Source: Candidatus Eiseniibacteriota bacterium
Lineage (GTDB): Bacteria; Eisenbacteria; RBG-16-71-46; SZUA-252
Length of the DNA: 64,000 nt
Assembly (NCBI GenBank): GCA_963703225.1
Contig: OY969801.1
Location: 576,001 to 640,000, forward strand
Reading direction: 5' to 3'
Part shown: positions 30,203-41,082 of the stretch, one piece after another
How the letters are laid out: each line of letters starts with the position of its first letter
Numbering within the stretch: position 1 is the first letter of the stretch
Program-made: the position numbers and the translations under genes
Notes under the pieces: generated by a model
The model's input: only the letters and a program-made list of their open reading frames with translations
What the model was told of the DNA's origin: nothing
The model's database searches: none

Positions 30203-31709
30203 ATGGGGAGAATGGCGAAGGCATTTGCTATCATCGGCATGCAAGCTCCAAGGACACTTTCCCTGGGGCGCGCGTTGTGCTGCGGGCTGATCGCCGTCTC
30301 AACGTGGGTGGCAGGTCCCAGCCGGTCTCCCGCCTCCGAGCCTGCCAATTCCGAGGCGGGAGGCGAGAGCTTCTGGTTGCCGCTTCCGGTGGAGGAGATC
30401 GAGACGCCCGAAGAGTTGGACGGGGCGCGCATCGGCGGCACAGGGTTCCTTGCTCGCGCCGCGATTCGTGAAGACGGCGCGCGGGTGCGCCACATCGCGG
30501 CAGCGCGCCAAGGCCGGTCGGTCCGAACCGAGGTGTCGGTCCTGGGCGGCGTGGACGCGCCCGAGGCCATCACGCTCGCGGTGGGAGCACCCCGGTCCGG
30601 GTTCGGCGTGGTTCTCGGGCGCGTGACCGTTCGCGCGGCGGGCATGCCGTTCGCCGAGGCGGTCGGCTTCTCGCGCCGAGCGGCGCGGGTCCCCGTGGCG
30701 CGTGCGGGAATACCGCTCCTCGAAGCGGCGACGGGTGCGTTCTCTCCCGCGATCGAGGCGTTGGGTATCCGGCGCGAGGCCCGCCCCGGCTCTTCGCTCC
30801 CTGGCGCCTGGGCTCTTGCGGGCCATCGGATCGCGGACGGAGCGCCCGTCGGCGCCGCTGGGTTGGGCTGTTCGGCGGGTTGGGGAGCGTGGAGCGTCGC
30901 GGCCGGCGCGGTTCGCGGAGCCGCCGCGGCGGCGGTCGCGGCCGAATGGCGATCCGGCGTTGCGACCGCGTCCTCCGAGATGAGCGTCGCCCGAAACGGC
31001 ACCTCGGCGCTCCTCTCGTTGGAGAGCGGCGGAGAGTCGATCCGGATTCACGGCCGGTGGCGCTATCGAAGCTCCGACGCGCGCCCTGTCGCATGCGAGC
31101 TGACGGCCGAAACCGGCGCCCGTCGGGCGCGCGGCCGGGTGCGCGTGATCGAGGGCCCGTCGGGCTCGGTCGGAACGGTCGATCGCGTGGAGATCGAGGG
31201 GTCGGTATCGCCCATCGGCACCGGGCCAGTTTTGCTCCGAGCGGGCCGCTCCCACACCGAGGGCTTTTCGGCCTCGGAGGGGGTGACGGTCCGCCGCGAG
31301 CGATACGCGGTTCTCGACGCGACGGTCGCGCGCGTCGAGGGGCGTCGGCTCTCCATTCTGGCCAGCCGGCGCGAGCGCGCGGTCGCGGGCGGCGGTCGGT
31401 TGGGATCGAGCCTCGGCGCGCGCCTCGAGTTGACGTGGCGGCGACGAGGCCGCTTGGAGTTGTTCGCGGAAGCGACGCGCGCCGACCCGGCGGGCGGAGC
31501 AGCGTGGGAAAGCGGTCTCTACGCGGGCGGCGCGACCTCGCTACGGACCCGCACGCGATCGGGTGTCGCTGCTTCGGCGCGCGGATCGATTCGCGTCGGG
31601 CCGGTGGAATTTGGGCGGGCTCCTGGAAGGCCGCGAGGACGCGACCGGAAGGCAGGCGACCGCCGCCACGATCTGGATTCAACGTACGCTGTCCGCCTCG
31701 CCACGGTAG
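30203..31709 (+). CDS. hypothetical beta-rich exported protein with apparent frameshift near 31610
   Basis: Signal-like N-terminus; the shifted frame continues GGLLEGREDATGRQATAATIWIQRTLSASPR* ending at 31709. Confidence 0.5.
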
Positions 31710-31754
31710 AAACGGCGCGGCGGCGCCATTCGACTCGGACGGGGGGTGCTCCAA

Positions 31755-32933
31755 ATGCGCTACGCGGACCGGATGAAGATCCTGGGAACAGAGACCGCCT
31801 TCGAGGTGCTCGCGAAGGCGAGGGCGCTCGAGGCCGCCGGGAAAACGATCGTCCACCTGGAGATCGGCGAGCCCGACTTCGACACGCCGGCTCCGATCCG
31901 GGCCGCCGCGGTGCGCGCCCTCGAGGAGGGCTTCACCCACTACGGTCCTTCCGCCGGGCTCCCCGAAGTGCGCGAATCGATCGCCGCGTTCATCTCCAAG
32001 GATCGCGGACTTCCGACGACGCCCGATCAGGTCGTGGTGACTCCCGGCGGCAAGCCGGTCCTCACCTTCGCGGTGTTCGCGTGCGTGAATCCGGGGGACG
32101 AGGTGATCGTTCCCAATCCGGGGTTCCCGATCTACGAGTCGGCGGTCGGATTCGCGGGTGGGAAGGCGGTTTCGCTCCCGCTCAAGGAAGAGCGCGGTTT
32201 CCGCTTCGGAGCCGCCGACATCGAGCCGCTGCTCACGCCGCGGACCCGGATGCTGATCCTGAACTCACCGCACAACCCGACCGGATCGGTGCTCGCGCCG
32301 CGCGACCTCGACGAGATCGCCAATCTGATACGCGACCGCGAGATCTTCGTTCTCTCGGACGAGATCTACGGAAAGATTCTCTACGAGGGAACCCACGAGA
32401 CGATCGCCACCCGCCCCGGGATGGCGGAGCGGACGATCCTGCTCGACGGGTTCTCCAAGACCTACGCCATGACCGGTTGGCGCCTGGGGTACGGCGTGAT
32501 GAACGCGGTCCTTGCCAAGCACGTGGCGCGGCTCGCGACCAACGTCTATTCCTGCGCCACCTCGTTCGTCCAGCGTGCGGCGCCGACGGCGCTCCACGGC
32601 CCGCAGGACGAGGTGCGCGCGATGGTGGCAGAGTTCGCCCGCCGGCGCGAGGTGATCGTCGAAGGATTGAACGCGATCCCCGGAGTGCGCTGCGCCAAGC
32701 CGTCGGGCGCGTTCTACGTCTTCCCGAACATCACGGGCCTCGGCATGAAGAGCTCCGAGCTCGAACACGCGCTCTTGAACGAGGCGGGCGTCGCGATTCT
32801 CTCCGGCACGGCGTTCGGCTCGCACGGCGAAGGGTACCTGCGATTTTCCTACGCCAACTCGATCGAGAACATCCGCGAGGGAATTCGCCGGTTCGAGGCA
32901 TTCGCCCAGAGCCACGTCAAAGCGGCGCGCTGA
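31755..32933 (+). CDS. PLP-dependent class I/II (aspartate-type) aminotransferase
   Basis: IGEPDF, NSPHNPTG, SDEIY, GFSKTYAMTGWRLGY. Confidence 0.95.
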   Translation: MRYADRMKILGTETAFEVLAKARALEAAGKTIVHLEIGEPDFDTPAPIRAAAVRALEEGFTHYGPSAGLPEVRESIAAFISKDRGLPTTPDQVVVTPGGKPVLTFAVFACVNPGDEVIVPNPGFPIYESAVGFAGGKAVSLPLKEERGFRFGAADIEPLLTPRTRMLILNSPHNPTGSVLAPRDLDEIANLIRDREIFVLSDEIYGKILYEGTHETIATRPGMAERTILLDGFSKTYAMTGWRLGYGVMNAVLAKHVARLATNVYSCATSFVQRAAPTALHGPQDEVRAMVAEFARRREVIVEGLNAIPGVRCAKPSGAFYVFPNITGLGMKSSELEHALLNEAGVAILSGTAFGSHGEGYLRFSYANSIENIREGIRRFEAFAQSHVKAAR

Positions 32934-32935
32934 CG

Positions 32936-33892
32936 TTGCCCCGCGGTCTTCCCAAAAGCCTCCTCATCACGCTCGGCGGCAACGCGATCCTCCCCGCCCG
33001 GGGGACGGGTACGTTCGATGAGCAGAGCGCGATCACGCGCCTCACGATGCAGCCCATCGCGGAGCTGATCCGCGAGGGCGTCCAGGTGGCGCTGAGCCAC
33101 GGCAACGGGCCGATCGTCGGGAACATCCTGATCCGAAACGAGGCGGCCCGGGATCAGATCCCGCCGATGCCGCTCGACGTCTGTGGCGCCGACTCGCAGG
33201 GGGGAATCGGCTACATGATGCAGCAGGCGCTCCAGAACGAGCTTCGCAAGGGCGGGGTCGATCGCACGGTCGTCACGGTGGTGACTCAGGTCGTCGTCGA
33301 CGAGAGGGACCCCGCGTTCCGACGTCCGACCAAGCCGATCGGTCCGTTCTACACCCAGGAGCGCGCCCGCCTTCTGGCCAAGGAGAAGGGCTGGACCGTG
33401 GTGGAGGACGCGGGGCGCGGGTGGCGCCGCGTGGTCGCCTCGCCGCGGCCGCTCGAAGTGGTCGAGATCGGGGCCATCCGCCGTCTGGCGGCCGACGGCG
33501 CGATCGTGATCGCCGCCGGTGGAGGCGGCATCCCTGTGGCCAAGCAGTGGGACGGCTCCTACCACGGTGTCGAGGCCGTGATCGACAAGGACCTGGCCTC
33601 CAGCCTCCTCGCCCGGCTCCTCGGGTGCGAGACGCTCTGCATCATCACCGGTGTCGATCGGGTCGCGCTCCACTTCGGGAAGCCCGAGCAGAAGGATCTG
33701 GATTGCGCGACGGCGGAGGAGCTTTCGCGCTATTCTGCCGAGGGGCACTTCCCCGCCGGGAGCATGGGGCCCAAGATCCAGGCCGCGATCGAATTCGTGC
33801 GCGGCGGAGGCCGCGAAGTGGTGATCACCTCGCCGGCCAAGATTCGCGAGGCGCTCGAGGGAACGAGCGGCACCCGCATCCGGCGGGAGTAG
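32936..33892 (+). CDS. arcC: carbamate kinase
   Basis: LGGNA, HGNGPIVG, PTKPIGPFY, GGGGIPV, EAVIDKD, GSMGPK. Confidence 0.93.
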   Translation: MPRGLPKSLLITLGGNAILPARGTGTFDEQSAITRLTMQPIAELIREGVQVALSHGNGPIVGNILIRNEAARDQIPPMPLDVCGADSQGGIGYMMQQALQNELRKGGVDRTVVTVVTQVVVDERDPAFRRPTKPIGPFYTQERARLLAKEKGWTVVEDAGRGWRRVVASPRPLEVVEIGAIRRLAADGAIVIAAGGGGIPVAKQWDGSYHGVEAVIDKDLASSLLARLLGCETLCIITGVDRVALHFGKPEQKDLDCATAEELSRYSAEGHFPAGSMGPKIQAAIEFVRGGGREVVITSPAKIREALEGTSGTRIRRE

Positions 33893-33944
33893 GGGAATCC
33901 CCGCGCGGAAGGCGGCGCGCGGGCGGCGGGACGGGAGGAGGACC

Positions 33945-35424
33945 GTGCGCGACAAGGATGTCGGATTGGATGTCCAGGGGCTGACGCTCGCGGACGGCCC
34001 GCGCTGGGTGGTCCAGGACCTGAGCTTTCCGGTCGCACCGGGGACGCTCCACATGATCCTGGGGGAGCGCGACACGGGGAAGACCGCGCTCCTCGAGGCG
34101 CTCGCCGGGCGGCGATCGCTCGAGCGAGGGACGATCCGCGCGGGCGCTCCCGTCGCGCTCGTCCCCGAAGCAACGGCCCCGGCTCAGCTCCGGGTTCTCG
34201 AACGGCTGCTCCTACGCCAGCAGCCCCGGTATCTCGGCATCGGCGTTCACTGGAAGCGCGCCCGCGAGCGGGCGACGGGAGGTGGCCGCCCGGTTCGGGC
34301 TGGAGGCCCTTCTCGACGTTCCCATCGAGGCGCTGAGGCCGCTGGAGCGGCGCCTGGTCGAATTGGCCGCGGTGTGCGCGGAATCTCCTGCACTGCTTCT
34401 CCTCGACGAGCCGACTTCCGATCTTGGCCCTCATGAAGCCCGCCACTTTCTGTCCATGCTGAAGGGCGTCGCCGCCGAACGGAACATTCCCGTCGTCTAC
34501 ACCAGCTCGTGGCCGCGCGACGGTTACCCCGAGGCCGCGGGCGTGACGATCCTCTGGCGTGGGGCCGATCCGGCCACCGTGACCACCGCGGAGTGCAGCG
34601 AAGGAGCGCTGGTCGAGCGATGGACCGGTGGGATCGGGATCCGCCGGACGCCGAGCGGTCCGCACACGGCGGGGGATCCACTCCTCCGCGTCGAGGGTAT
34701 CGTACTCCGGGGCCGAGGCCGCGAGACATCTCTCGCGGGGCTCGATTTCGAGGCCAAGGCAAGCGAGGTGCTCGCGGTGGTGGGCGCCCCCGCCGACGGG
34801 CTCAACCTCCTCCACGACGCGCTTCTCGGAAGTCGGACACCCGAGCGGGGATCGATGCACTTCTTGGGCAAGGAGATGATCCAGTCGCCGCGGCGGCTCC
34901 GCGTGGAATCGGGGATCAGCTTTGTCAACCCGCCGCACGCCCGCGACCAGGCCATCGCGGAATTTTCGATCGAGGAGAACCTGATCCTGGGACAGACCGG
35001 CGGGCCGCCCTTTGCGCGGCGCGGATTTCTGCGCCATGAATCGATCCGTGGGAACGCGATCCGGACGCTTCGCGACTTCGAAATCCCCGACGCGGAGCCT
35101 TTGAACCGGTTCCGCGATCTCAAGCTTGGGGACCGCCAACGGGTCATCGTCGCGCGCGAGGTGATCCGAAACCCCGTGCTTCTGGTTGTCCGCTCCCCGG
35201 CGCAGGGGCTCTCGCTTGCCGCGCAGGAGTACGTGAGGCGGACGCTCATCCTCCAATGCGAGCGGGGGAGCGGTCTCATCTGGCTCACCGAGGACCCCGA
35301 GGAGGCGATGCGGGTCGCCGACCGGCTCGCGGTGCTTGCGGCGGGGCGGTTCGTCTGGATCCCGGTCACCGAGACGTTGACTCGGGAAATGATCATCGAC
35401 GAGATGTCGGGAGCCGCGGCGTGA
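33945..35424 (+). CDS. sugar/nucleoside-type ABC transporter ATP-binding protein (tandem domains, divergent; frameshift near 34280)
   Basis: Walker A GERDTGKT in the first frame; LLLLDEPT and SIEENLIL in the second frame; the two ORFs join at ERAT/EVAARFG. Confidence 0.75.
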
Positions 35425-35467
35425 GGCGCGAGCATCCATCGACGTTCGATCCGCGCGGAGCGTCGGC

Positions 35468-36517
35468 GTGATTCCGGGACGCTGCCGCGGAGGTCCGTGG
35501 GCCCTGGTGGCCAACGCGGTCGTGCTTCTCGCGCTCTTTGTCGGCACCCATCTCCTGTCGATCGCGGCGGGAGAGACGGTCGGCGGGGCCTGGCCCGCGC
35601 CCTGGAGCGGCGACATCATTCTCACCGCCGCGGGCCTCCTGTTCCTCGGCCTCGGCTTCCTGCTCCCGCTCCACGCGGGGCTCCTGAACGTCGCGATCCA
35701 GGCGGAATTCTTGGCGGGGTTCGCGGCCGGGTCGCTCGTCGCGCGCTATGCGGCGCTCACCCCCGGCGCCGGGGCCGGCGTCGCGCTTCTGGCCGGGGTT
35801 GGCGCGGGGGCGGGGATCGGCGTGGCCGTCGCCTGGCTCAAGCACCGATTCGCGATTCACGAAATCCTGAGCGGGCTTCTCATGGGTGGGGCGATGGTGC
35901 CCCTCGTCCATTCCGTCGGCGTGGGGCCGACGTCAGCTCCCTCGATCACGATCGGGCTCGGCTCCCTGGCGGCGCCGCTCGCGTGGGGGCTCAAGCTCCC
36001 GCCAAACTTCGTGCTCGCGTGGGGGATTCTGCTTTTGTCGCTCGGTCTCGCGCTCGGCGTCTTGATCTCACACTTCCTGCGGGCTTCGGTCCGAGGCTTC
36101 GAGCTGCGCGCGGTCGGGTCGAATCCCCTCGGCGCCGTGGCCGCGGGCGTCGACGTGGACCGGATGCAGATCTGGGTGATGGGGCTCGGAGGGGCGTGCG
36201 CGGGATTGACCGGGGCGCTTCAGCTCTGGAGCGATCCCGCCGTCGCGCTCACGCGCTGGCCCCTTCCGCTCGGCTTTGCGGGGCTCACCGTGGCGTTCCT
36301 CGGCGGCGGGTACCTGCGCGGGGCGCTGGCCGCGGCCCTCGTCCTCGCGGTCTGGCTCAATGTCCCCGGCGCGCCCGCCGCGCTCGGGCACCCGGCGTGG
36401 GGCCCCGTGATCGCGCTGCTCCTCGTGCTCCCATCGCTCTGGATCCTGCCCCGGCTGCTCCCCGATCAGGGCGCTCCGCGGTCGATCTGGCGCACCCGGC
36501 ATCGAGAACCGCTCTAA
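35468..36517 (+). CDS. ABC transporter permease (sugar/nucleoside type)
   Basis: AGLLNV, GFELRAVGSNP..A..AGV, multiple TMs. Confidence 0.8.
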   Translation: MIPGRCRGGPWALVANAVVLLALFVGTHLLSIAAGETVGGAWPAPWSGDIILTAAGLLFLGLGFLLPLHAGLLNVAIQAEFLAGFAAGSLVARYAALTPGAGAGVALLAGVGAGAGIGVAVAWLKHRFAIHEILSGLLMGGAMVPLVHSVGVGPTSAPSITIGLGSLAAPLAWGLKLPPNFVLAWGILLLSLGLALGVLISHFLRASVRGFELRAVGSNPLGAVAAGVDVDRMQIWVMGLGGACAGLTGALQLWSDPAVALTRWPLPLGFAGLTVAFLGGGYLRGALAAALVLAVWLNVPGAPAALGHPAWGPVIALLLVLPSLWILPRLLPDQGAPRSIWRTRHREPL

Positions 36518-36583
36518 CCCGCCTCCCTCTCCCGCACATCGAAATGCCCCGACGTCACCCTGCACTCCTGGAAGGAGGAGGTC

Positions 36584-37228
36584 ATGGAGCGTTTCTGGGC
36601 ATTCGCGGTTTGGCTTCTCTTGTTGGCGGTGGCCGCGTCGGTGGTGATCGGGATCGCGCGAAGCGAAGCGGCGGACGACGTCCGGCTGAGCGAAATTCTG
36701 GCGGGACCCGCACGCGACTGGAGCGGCGACGGGGCGTTCGACGCCCGCGACGACGAGTGGCTCGAGGTGGGGAATTACGGCGCGGCGCCGGTCGACCTGG
36801 GTCCCTACCGGGTCTCGGACGCCGACTCCACGATCCGGTTCGCGTTTTCAGGCACCCTCGCGCCGGGAGGCGTCGTCGTGGTCACGGGGCGCCAGGCCCT
36901 CGATTGGCAGCGCTCGGTGGGCCGGACTGCGACCGGATTGAGCCTCAACAACGCCGGCGACACGGTGATCTTGTTCCGGATCGGCTCCGTCGACACGGCC
37001 GCGGTCGACGTCAAGTCGTACAACAGCATCGAAGGCGCGAGCGACCGCTCGACGGGCCGCTTTGGGACGGGGGGCACCACCTGGACGCTCTTCGACGGGC
37101 TGAACAAGTACACCGGGTCGGGCCACCCCCACAGCACGGGCTGCCTGCCCACGCCCGGCGTCGAGAACGCGTGCCCCACGCCCGTGACTTCGACGACGTG
37201 GGGGAAGATCAAAGAACAATATCGGTAG
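36584..37228 (+). CDS. secreted lamin-tail-domain protein
   Basis: GGAGG RBS, signal peptide, LSEILA, DEWLEV, LNNAGD, PTPG, C-terminal TTWGKIK. Confidence 0.8.
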   Translation: MERFWAFAVWLLLLAVAASVVIGIARSEAADDVRLSEILAGPARDWSGDGAFDARDDEWLEVGNYGAAPVDLGPYRVSDADSTIRFAFSGTLAPGGVVVVTGRQALDWQRSVGRTATGLSLNNAGDTVILFRIGSVDTAAVDVKSYNSIEGASDRSTGRFGTGGTTWTLFDGLNKYTGSGHPHSTGCLPTPGVENACPTPVTSTTWGKIKEQYR

Positions 37229-37262
37229 TGGGGCGGCGAGGTGAGGGATAGAGTCGCACGGC

Positions 37263-39134
37263 ATGCTCTCCAAGCTCGAGGCGACGTTCGGAGCCCGAAG
37301 GCACGGCCTGATCGCGGTCTTCTCGCTGCTGGCGATCGGCGCGCACCTCCTCCTGCGCTTCGCCTTCCACGCCGGGGAATCCACCTACCGCGCGCCCCTG
37401 ATCGCGGCGCTCGTCGTGGGCGGCGTCCCGCTTCTCTACGAGCTGATGGGGAAGGTCTGGAAGCGCGAGTTCAGCTCCGACCTCCTGGCCGGGATCTCGA
37501 TCGTCACCGCCGTCATCCTGGGGCAATACCTCGCCGGCGCGCTGGTCGTGCTCATGCTCTCGGGCGGGGAGGCGCTCGAAAGCTACGCGGTGCGGAGCGC
37601 CGCCTCGGTGCTTCGGGCATTGGCCAAGCGGATGCCATCGGTCGCCCACGTGAGGGGCGCGTCGGGGGTGGCCGATGTGCCCCTCGACCAGGTCCACGTC
37701 GGAGACACCCTCCTCGTCTACCCGCACGATATCTGCCCGGTGGATGGCGTGGTGCTCGAAGGCCACGGCTCGATGGACGAGTCCTACCTGACGGGCGAAC
37801 CGTATCGAATGTCCAAGACGCCGGGGTCGGAGGTGATCTCGGGCGCGATCAACGGCGATGCGGCGCTCGCCATCCGGGCGACCAAGTTGGCGGTCGATTC
37901 GCGCTACGCCAAGATCATGCAGGTCATGCGTTCATCCGAGCAGCACCGCCCTCGGCTCCGGAGGCTCGGCGATCAATTGGGCGCGTACTACACGCCCGTG
38001 GCGGTGGCGGTGGCCTTGCTCGCGTGGCTCGTGAGCGGCCAGGCCACCCGGTTTCTCGCGGTCCTCGTCGTGGCCACACCGTGCCCGCTCCTCATCGCGA
38101 TTCCTGTGGCGATCATCGGCACCATCTCGCTGGCGGCCCGGCGCGCCATCATCATCAAGAACCCGGCGGTGCTGGAGCAGATCGACACGTGCCGCACCGT
38201 GATTTTCGACAAGACCGGGACGTTGACCTACGGCGAGCCGCGCCTTACCGACCAGGAGTGCGCTCCTGGATTCGCGGCGCCGGACGTGTTGACGCTCGCC
38301 GCCAGCCTCGAGCGCTACTCCAAGCACCCGCTCGCCGGCGCGGTCCTCGACGCGGCGCTCGCGGAGAATCTCTCGCTCCAGGAGGCGAGCGAGATCGCCG
38401 AGCGGCCTGGGGAGGGGCTTCACGGCGTCATCGGCGGGCGACGGGTTCAAATCACGAGCCGCAAGCTGCTCGCCCAATCGGGCGCCGGGGTTGCCGGGCT
38501 GCCGCCACCCGCCGCTGGCGGCATGGAGTGCGTCCTCCTCATCGACGGCGCCTATGCCGCGACCTATCGATTCCGCGACGAGCCGCGCGCCGAGGGGGCG
38601 CTCTTCGTGGGGCACCTCAAGCCCAAGCACTACTTCCAAAAGGTGATGCTCCTGTCCGGTGACCGCGAGGCCGAGGTGCGTTACCTCGCCGATCGGGTCG
38701 GGATCAAGGAGGTGTATGCCGGCAAGAGCCCCGAGGAGAAGCTGGCCATCGTCCGCGCCGAGGTGGAGCGGGCCAAGACCCTGTTCCTCGGCGACGGGAT
38801 CAACGACGCGCCCGCCTTGACCGCCGCGACGGTGGGGATCGCGTTCGGGCAGAATAGCGACATCACGAGCGAGGCGGCCGACGCCGTCGTCTTGAACAGC
38901 TCGCTGGCCCAGGTGGATGAGCTCTTGCACATCAGCCGCCGGATGCGCGCGATCGCGCTCCAGAGCGCGATCGGCGGCATGGCCGCCAGCCTGGTCGGCA
39001 TGGGGTTCGCCGCCGCGGGCCTTCTGCCGCCCGTGGCCGGGGCCATCGCGCAGGAGATCATCGACGTGGTGGTCGTGCTCAACGCGCTCCGGGCCGCGTG
39101 GCCGCCGAAGGCGCTCACCGATTTTCGGACGTAA
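37263..39134 (+). CDS. heavy-metal P1B-type ATPase (TPCP motif, P1B-5-like)
   Basis: [32 protein letters not shown]. Confidence 0.93.
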   Translation: MLSKLEATFGARRHGLIAVFSLLAIGAHLLLRFAFHAGESTYRAPLIAALVVGGVPLLYELMGKVWKREFSSDLLAGISIVTAVILGQYLAGALVVLMLSGGEALESYAVRSAASVLRALAKRMPSVAHVRGASGVADVPLDQVHVGDTLLVYPHDICPVDGVVLEGHGSMDESYLTGEPYRMSKTPGSEVISGAINGDAALAIRATKLAVDSRYAKIMQVMRSSEQHRPRLRRLGDQLGAYYTPVAVAVALLAWLVSGQATRFLAVLVVATPCPLLIAIPVAIIGTISLAARRAIIIKNPAVLEQIDTCRTVIFDKTGTLTYGEPRLTDQECAPGFAAPDVLTLAASLERYSKHPLAGAVLDAALAENLSLQEASEIAERPGEGLHGVIGGRRVQITSRKLLAQSGAGVAGLPPPAAGGMECVLLIDGAYAATYRFRDEPRAEGALFVGHLKPKHYFQKVMLLSGDREAEVRYLADRVGIKEVYAGKSPEEKLAIVRAEVERAKTLFLGDGINDAPALTAATVGIAFGQNSDITSEAADAVVLNSSLAQVDELLHISRRMRAIALQSAIGGMAASLVGMGFAAAGLLPPVAGAIAQEIIDVVVVLNALRAAWPPKALTDFRT

Positions 39135-39152
39135 GTCGAAGGCGGCGGGCGG

Positions 39153-39578
39153 TCAGTACTTCGATTGCATGATCGCGATTCCATTGGCCAGGACTTGCCG
39201 CCAGGCGCGATCGACGTCGGCGTTGAACTTCTTGTCGAACTCGCGGACCGTTCGAAGCATGCAATCGAGCCAGAGCGCGTACATCTCCGGCTTGATATCG
39301 TGGTGCCTGCGGTCGTGGCGCTCGGCGACGCGCTCGAGGTGGGCGACGCTTTCGCGGGGCGGATTGCGGCCCGAGGCCTCGAGCAGCATGAACAGCGATG
39401 ATTTGAGCATCACTTGCTGCCGCTTGAGGTCCGTGTGGGCGAATTTCTCGGCGACGGCCTTGTCCGAGGCGATGAAGATCTTGTAGAAGCTGTCGAGGAA
39501 ATCAGGGCGAGCCTGGCAGCGCTCCAGGCTGTCGTTGAACAGCTCCAGATCGCGCTCATCGATCGTCGACCGTTCCGT
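39153..39578 (-). CDS. single-domain globin
   Basis: FNDSLERC...FLDSFYKIF...KFAHTDLKRQ...HLERVAERH...YALWLDCML; the frame extends upstream of the listed ORF to an ACG behind AGGAGG. Confidence 0.8.
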   Translation of the reverse strand, partial: TERSTIDERDLELFNDSLERCQARPDFLDSFYKIFIASDKAVAEKFAHTDLKRQQVMLKSSLFMLLEASGRNPPRESVAHLERVAERHDRRHHDIKPEMYALWLDCMLRTVREFDKKFNADVDRAWRQVLANGIAIMQSKY

Positions 39579-39655
39579 AGCCGCCTCCTACCCCCAGGGT
39601 CGGCCCGAAGGTACTCCTTTCGGCTACCGTTGAGAATTGCTAGGTTTCCGGCGCG

Positions 39656-40051
39656 ATGATCGCGAACCCTTGGCTCTCATTTCGGCCGTCGGACCCAAGC
39701 CGCGATTACCTGGCCATCCTGTCCGAGCTGCCGCTCAAGAGCTTTCGCCACGCGGGCCTCTTCCTCAATTTCAGCGCCCAGATCCAGAAACAGCTGAAGA
39801 CGGCGTCCGGGCTCCTTGGGTACTCGATGGCCGTCCGAATACTCCAGAAGCGCTTTTGGACCCTCTCGGTGTGGGAAGACGAGGCGGCACTCCATCGATT
39901 CGTCGGCGAAGTTCCGCACCGTCAGGTGATGGACGCCATGCATGGGAAAATGGGAGCCACCCGGTTTGTGACCTGGAAGCTTCGCGGCTCCGAGCTTCCA
40001 CCGAAATGGCAGGACGCGTTCGAACGACGCGATCGATCGCCGGAGGCGTAG
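39656..40051 (+). CDS. DUF3291/ABM-like ferredoxin-fold protein
   Basis: FWTLSVWEDEAALHRF...HRQVM. Confidence 0.7.
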   Translation: MIANPWLSFRPSDPSRDYLAILSELPLKSFRHAGLFLNFSAQIQKQLKTASGLLGYSMAVRILQKRFWTLSVWEDEAALHRFVGEVPHRQVMDAMHGKMGATRFVTWKLRGSELPPKWQDAFERRDRSPEA

Positions 40052-40060
40052 GACCCAACC

Positions 40061-40426
40061 ATGGCCACGCTCCGCTACCTGGTAACCGACGTCGACGCCT
40101 CGATCGCGTTCTATGCCGCGCTCGGATTCGAGCTGGTGGACCGGTGGGGGCCGCCATTCGCCGTGATGAAGCGGGGCGATCTCACGCTCTGGGTGAGCGG
40201 GCCCGGCACTTCCGCGTCGAGGGTCCTACCGGACGGCTCCGAGCCCCGGCCCGGCGGCTGGAATCGATTCGTTCTTGAGGTGCCCAACCTCGACTCCACG
40301 ATGGCCGACCTCAAAGCCAAGGGCGGGCGCTTTCGCTCGGAGCCAATCCAGGGGCCCGGTGGTCGGCAGGTACTCTGCGAAGACCCATCGGGGAACCCGA
40401 TCGAGTTCTTCGAGCCACGGGAGTGA
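40061..40426 (+). CDS. VOC/glyoxalase family protein
   Basis: VTDVDASIAFY...EDPSGNPIEF. Confidence 0.9.
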   Translation: MATLRYLVTDVDASIAFYAALGFELVDRWGPPFAVMKRGDLTLWVSGPGTSASRVLPDGSEPRPGGWNRFVLEVPNLDSTMADLKAKGGRFRSEPIQGPGGRQVLCEDPSGNPIEFFEPRE

Positions 40427-40547
40427 CCGGCGCCGCGGCGCATGGCGGTGGATTGCTCGGTGCCTATGGCCTTCTCCCGCTCGCGTCAGGTATTCTCCTC
40501 GGCAGCGTTGCCATCGTGAGCCTGCTGATCGTGAAGAAACAGGAAGC

Positions 40548-41051
40548 GTGAAGGTGGATGGAGATACGAAGACCATCATCTGGCAGCAATTCGGGGCGGC
40601 GATCGACATGCTTGAGAACGCCGTTCGCGCGTGTCCCGATGAGCTGTGGGGCGACCGCTCCAAACAACCGGAGTACTCGAACCTCGTCTATCACACGCTC
40701 TTCTGGCTCGATCTCTATCTGTCGGGCCCCGTGGAAGGTTTTGCTCCGCCGGCGCCATTCAACCTGGAGGAGTTGGACCCGGCCGGGGTACTGCCCGAGC
40801 GGCCCTACTCCAAGGACGTGCTTCTCGACTATCTTCGCCATGGCCGCGATAAGTGTCGGGCGGCGATCAACGGCCTGACCGACGCGAGGGCCCGCGAACG
40901 CTTGAGGTTTCGGTGGGGTGAGGTCAGTTACACCGAGCTGCTTCTGTACAACATGCGCCACGTCCAGCATCACACGGCACAGCTCAACCTCATTCTCCGC
41001 CAACAGATCGACTCGGCGCCGGGCTGGGTCGCGCAGGCGAAGGGCGGATAG
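40548..41051 (+). CDS. DinB family protein
   Basis: ACPDELW, YHTLFW, RHVQHHTAQL. Confidence 0.85.
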   Translation: MKVDGDTKTIIWQQFGAAIDMLENAVRACPDELWGDRSKQPEYSNLVYHTLFWLDLYLSGPVEGFAPPAPFNLEELDPAGVLPERPYSKDVLLDYLRHGRDKCRAAINGLTDARARERLRFRWGEVSYTELLLYNMRHVQHHTAQLNLILRQQIDSAPGWVAQAKGG

Positions 41052-41082
41052 GGCCGTCGGGGACACGCGGAGGATCGCGCAC

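Noticed and set aside
29900..33892. 1330-aa ORF ending in carbamate kinase
   Set aside because: It reads out of frame through the aminotransferase gene and results from a frameshift plus stop-poor GC-rich DNA.
37229..37262. att repeat of a tRNA-Leu island
   Set aside because: No match to the tRNA-Leu 3' end found by eye at the left edge of the accessory block.
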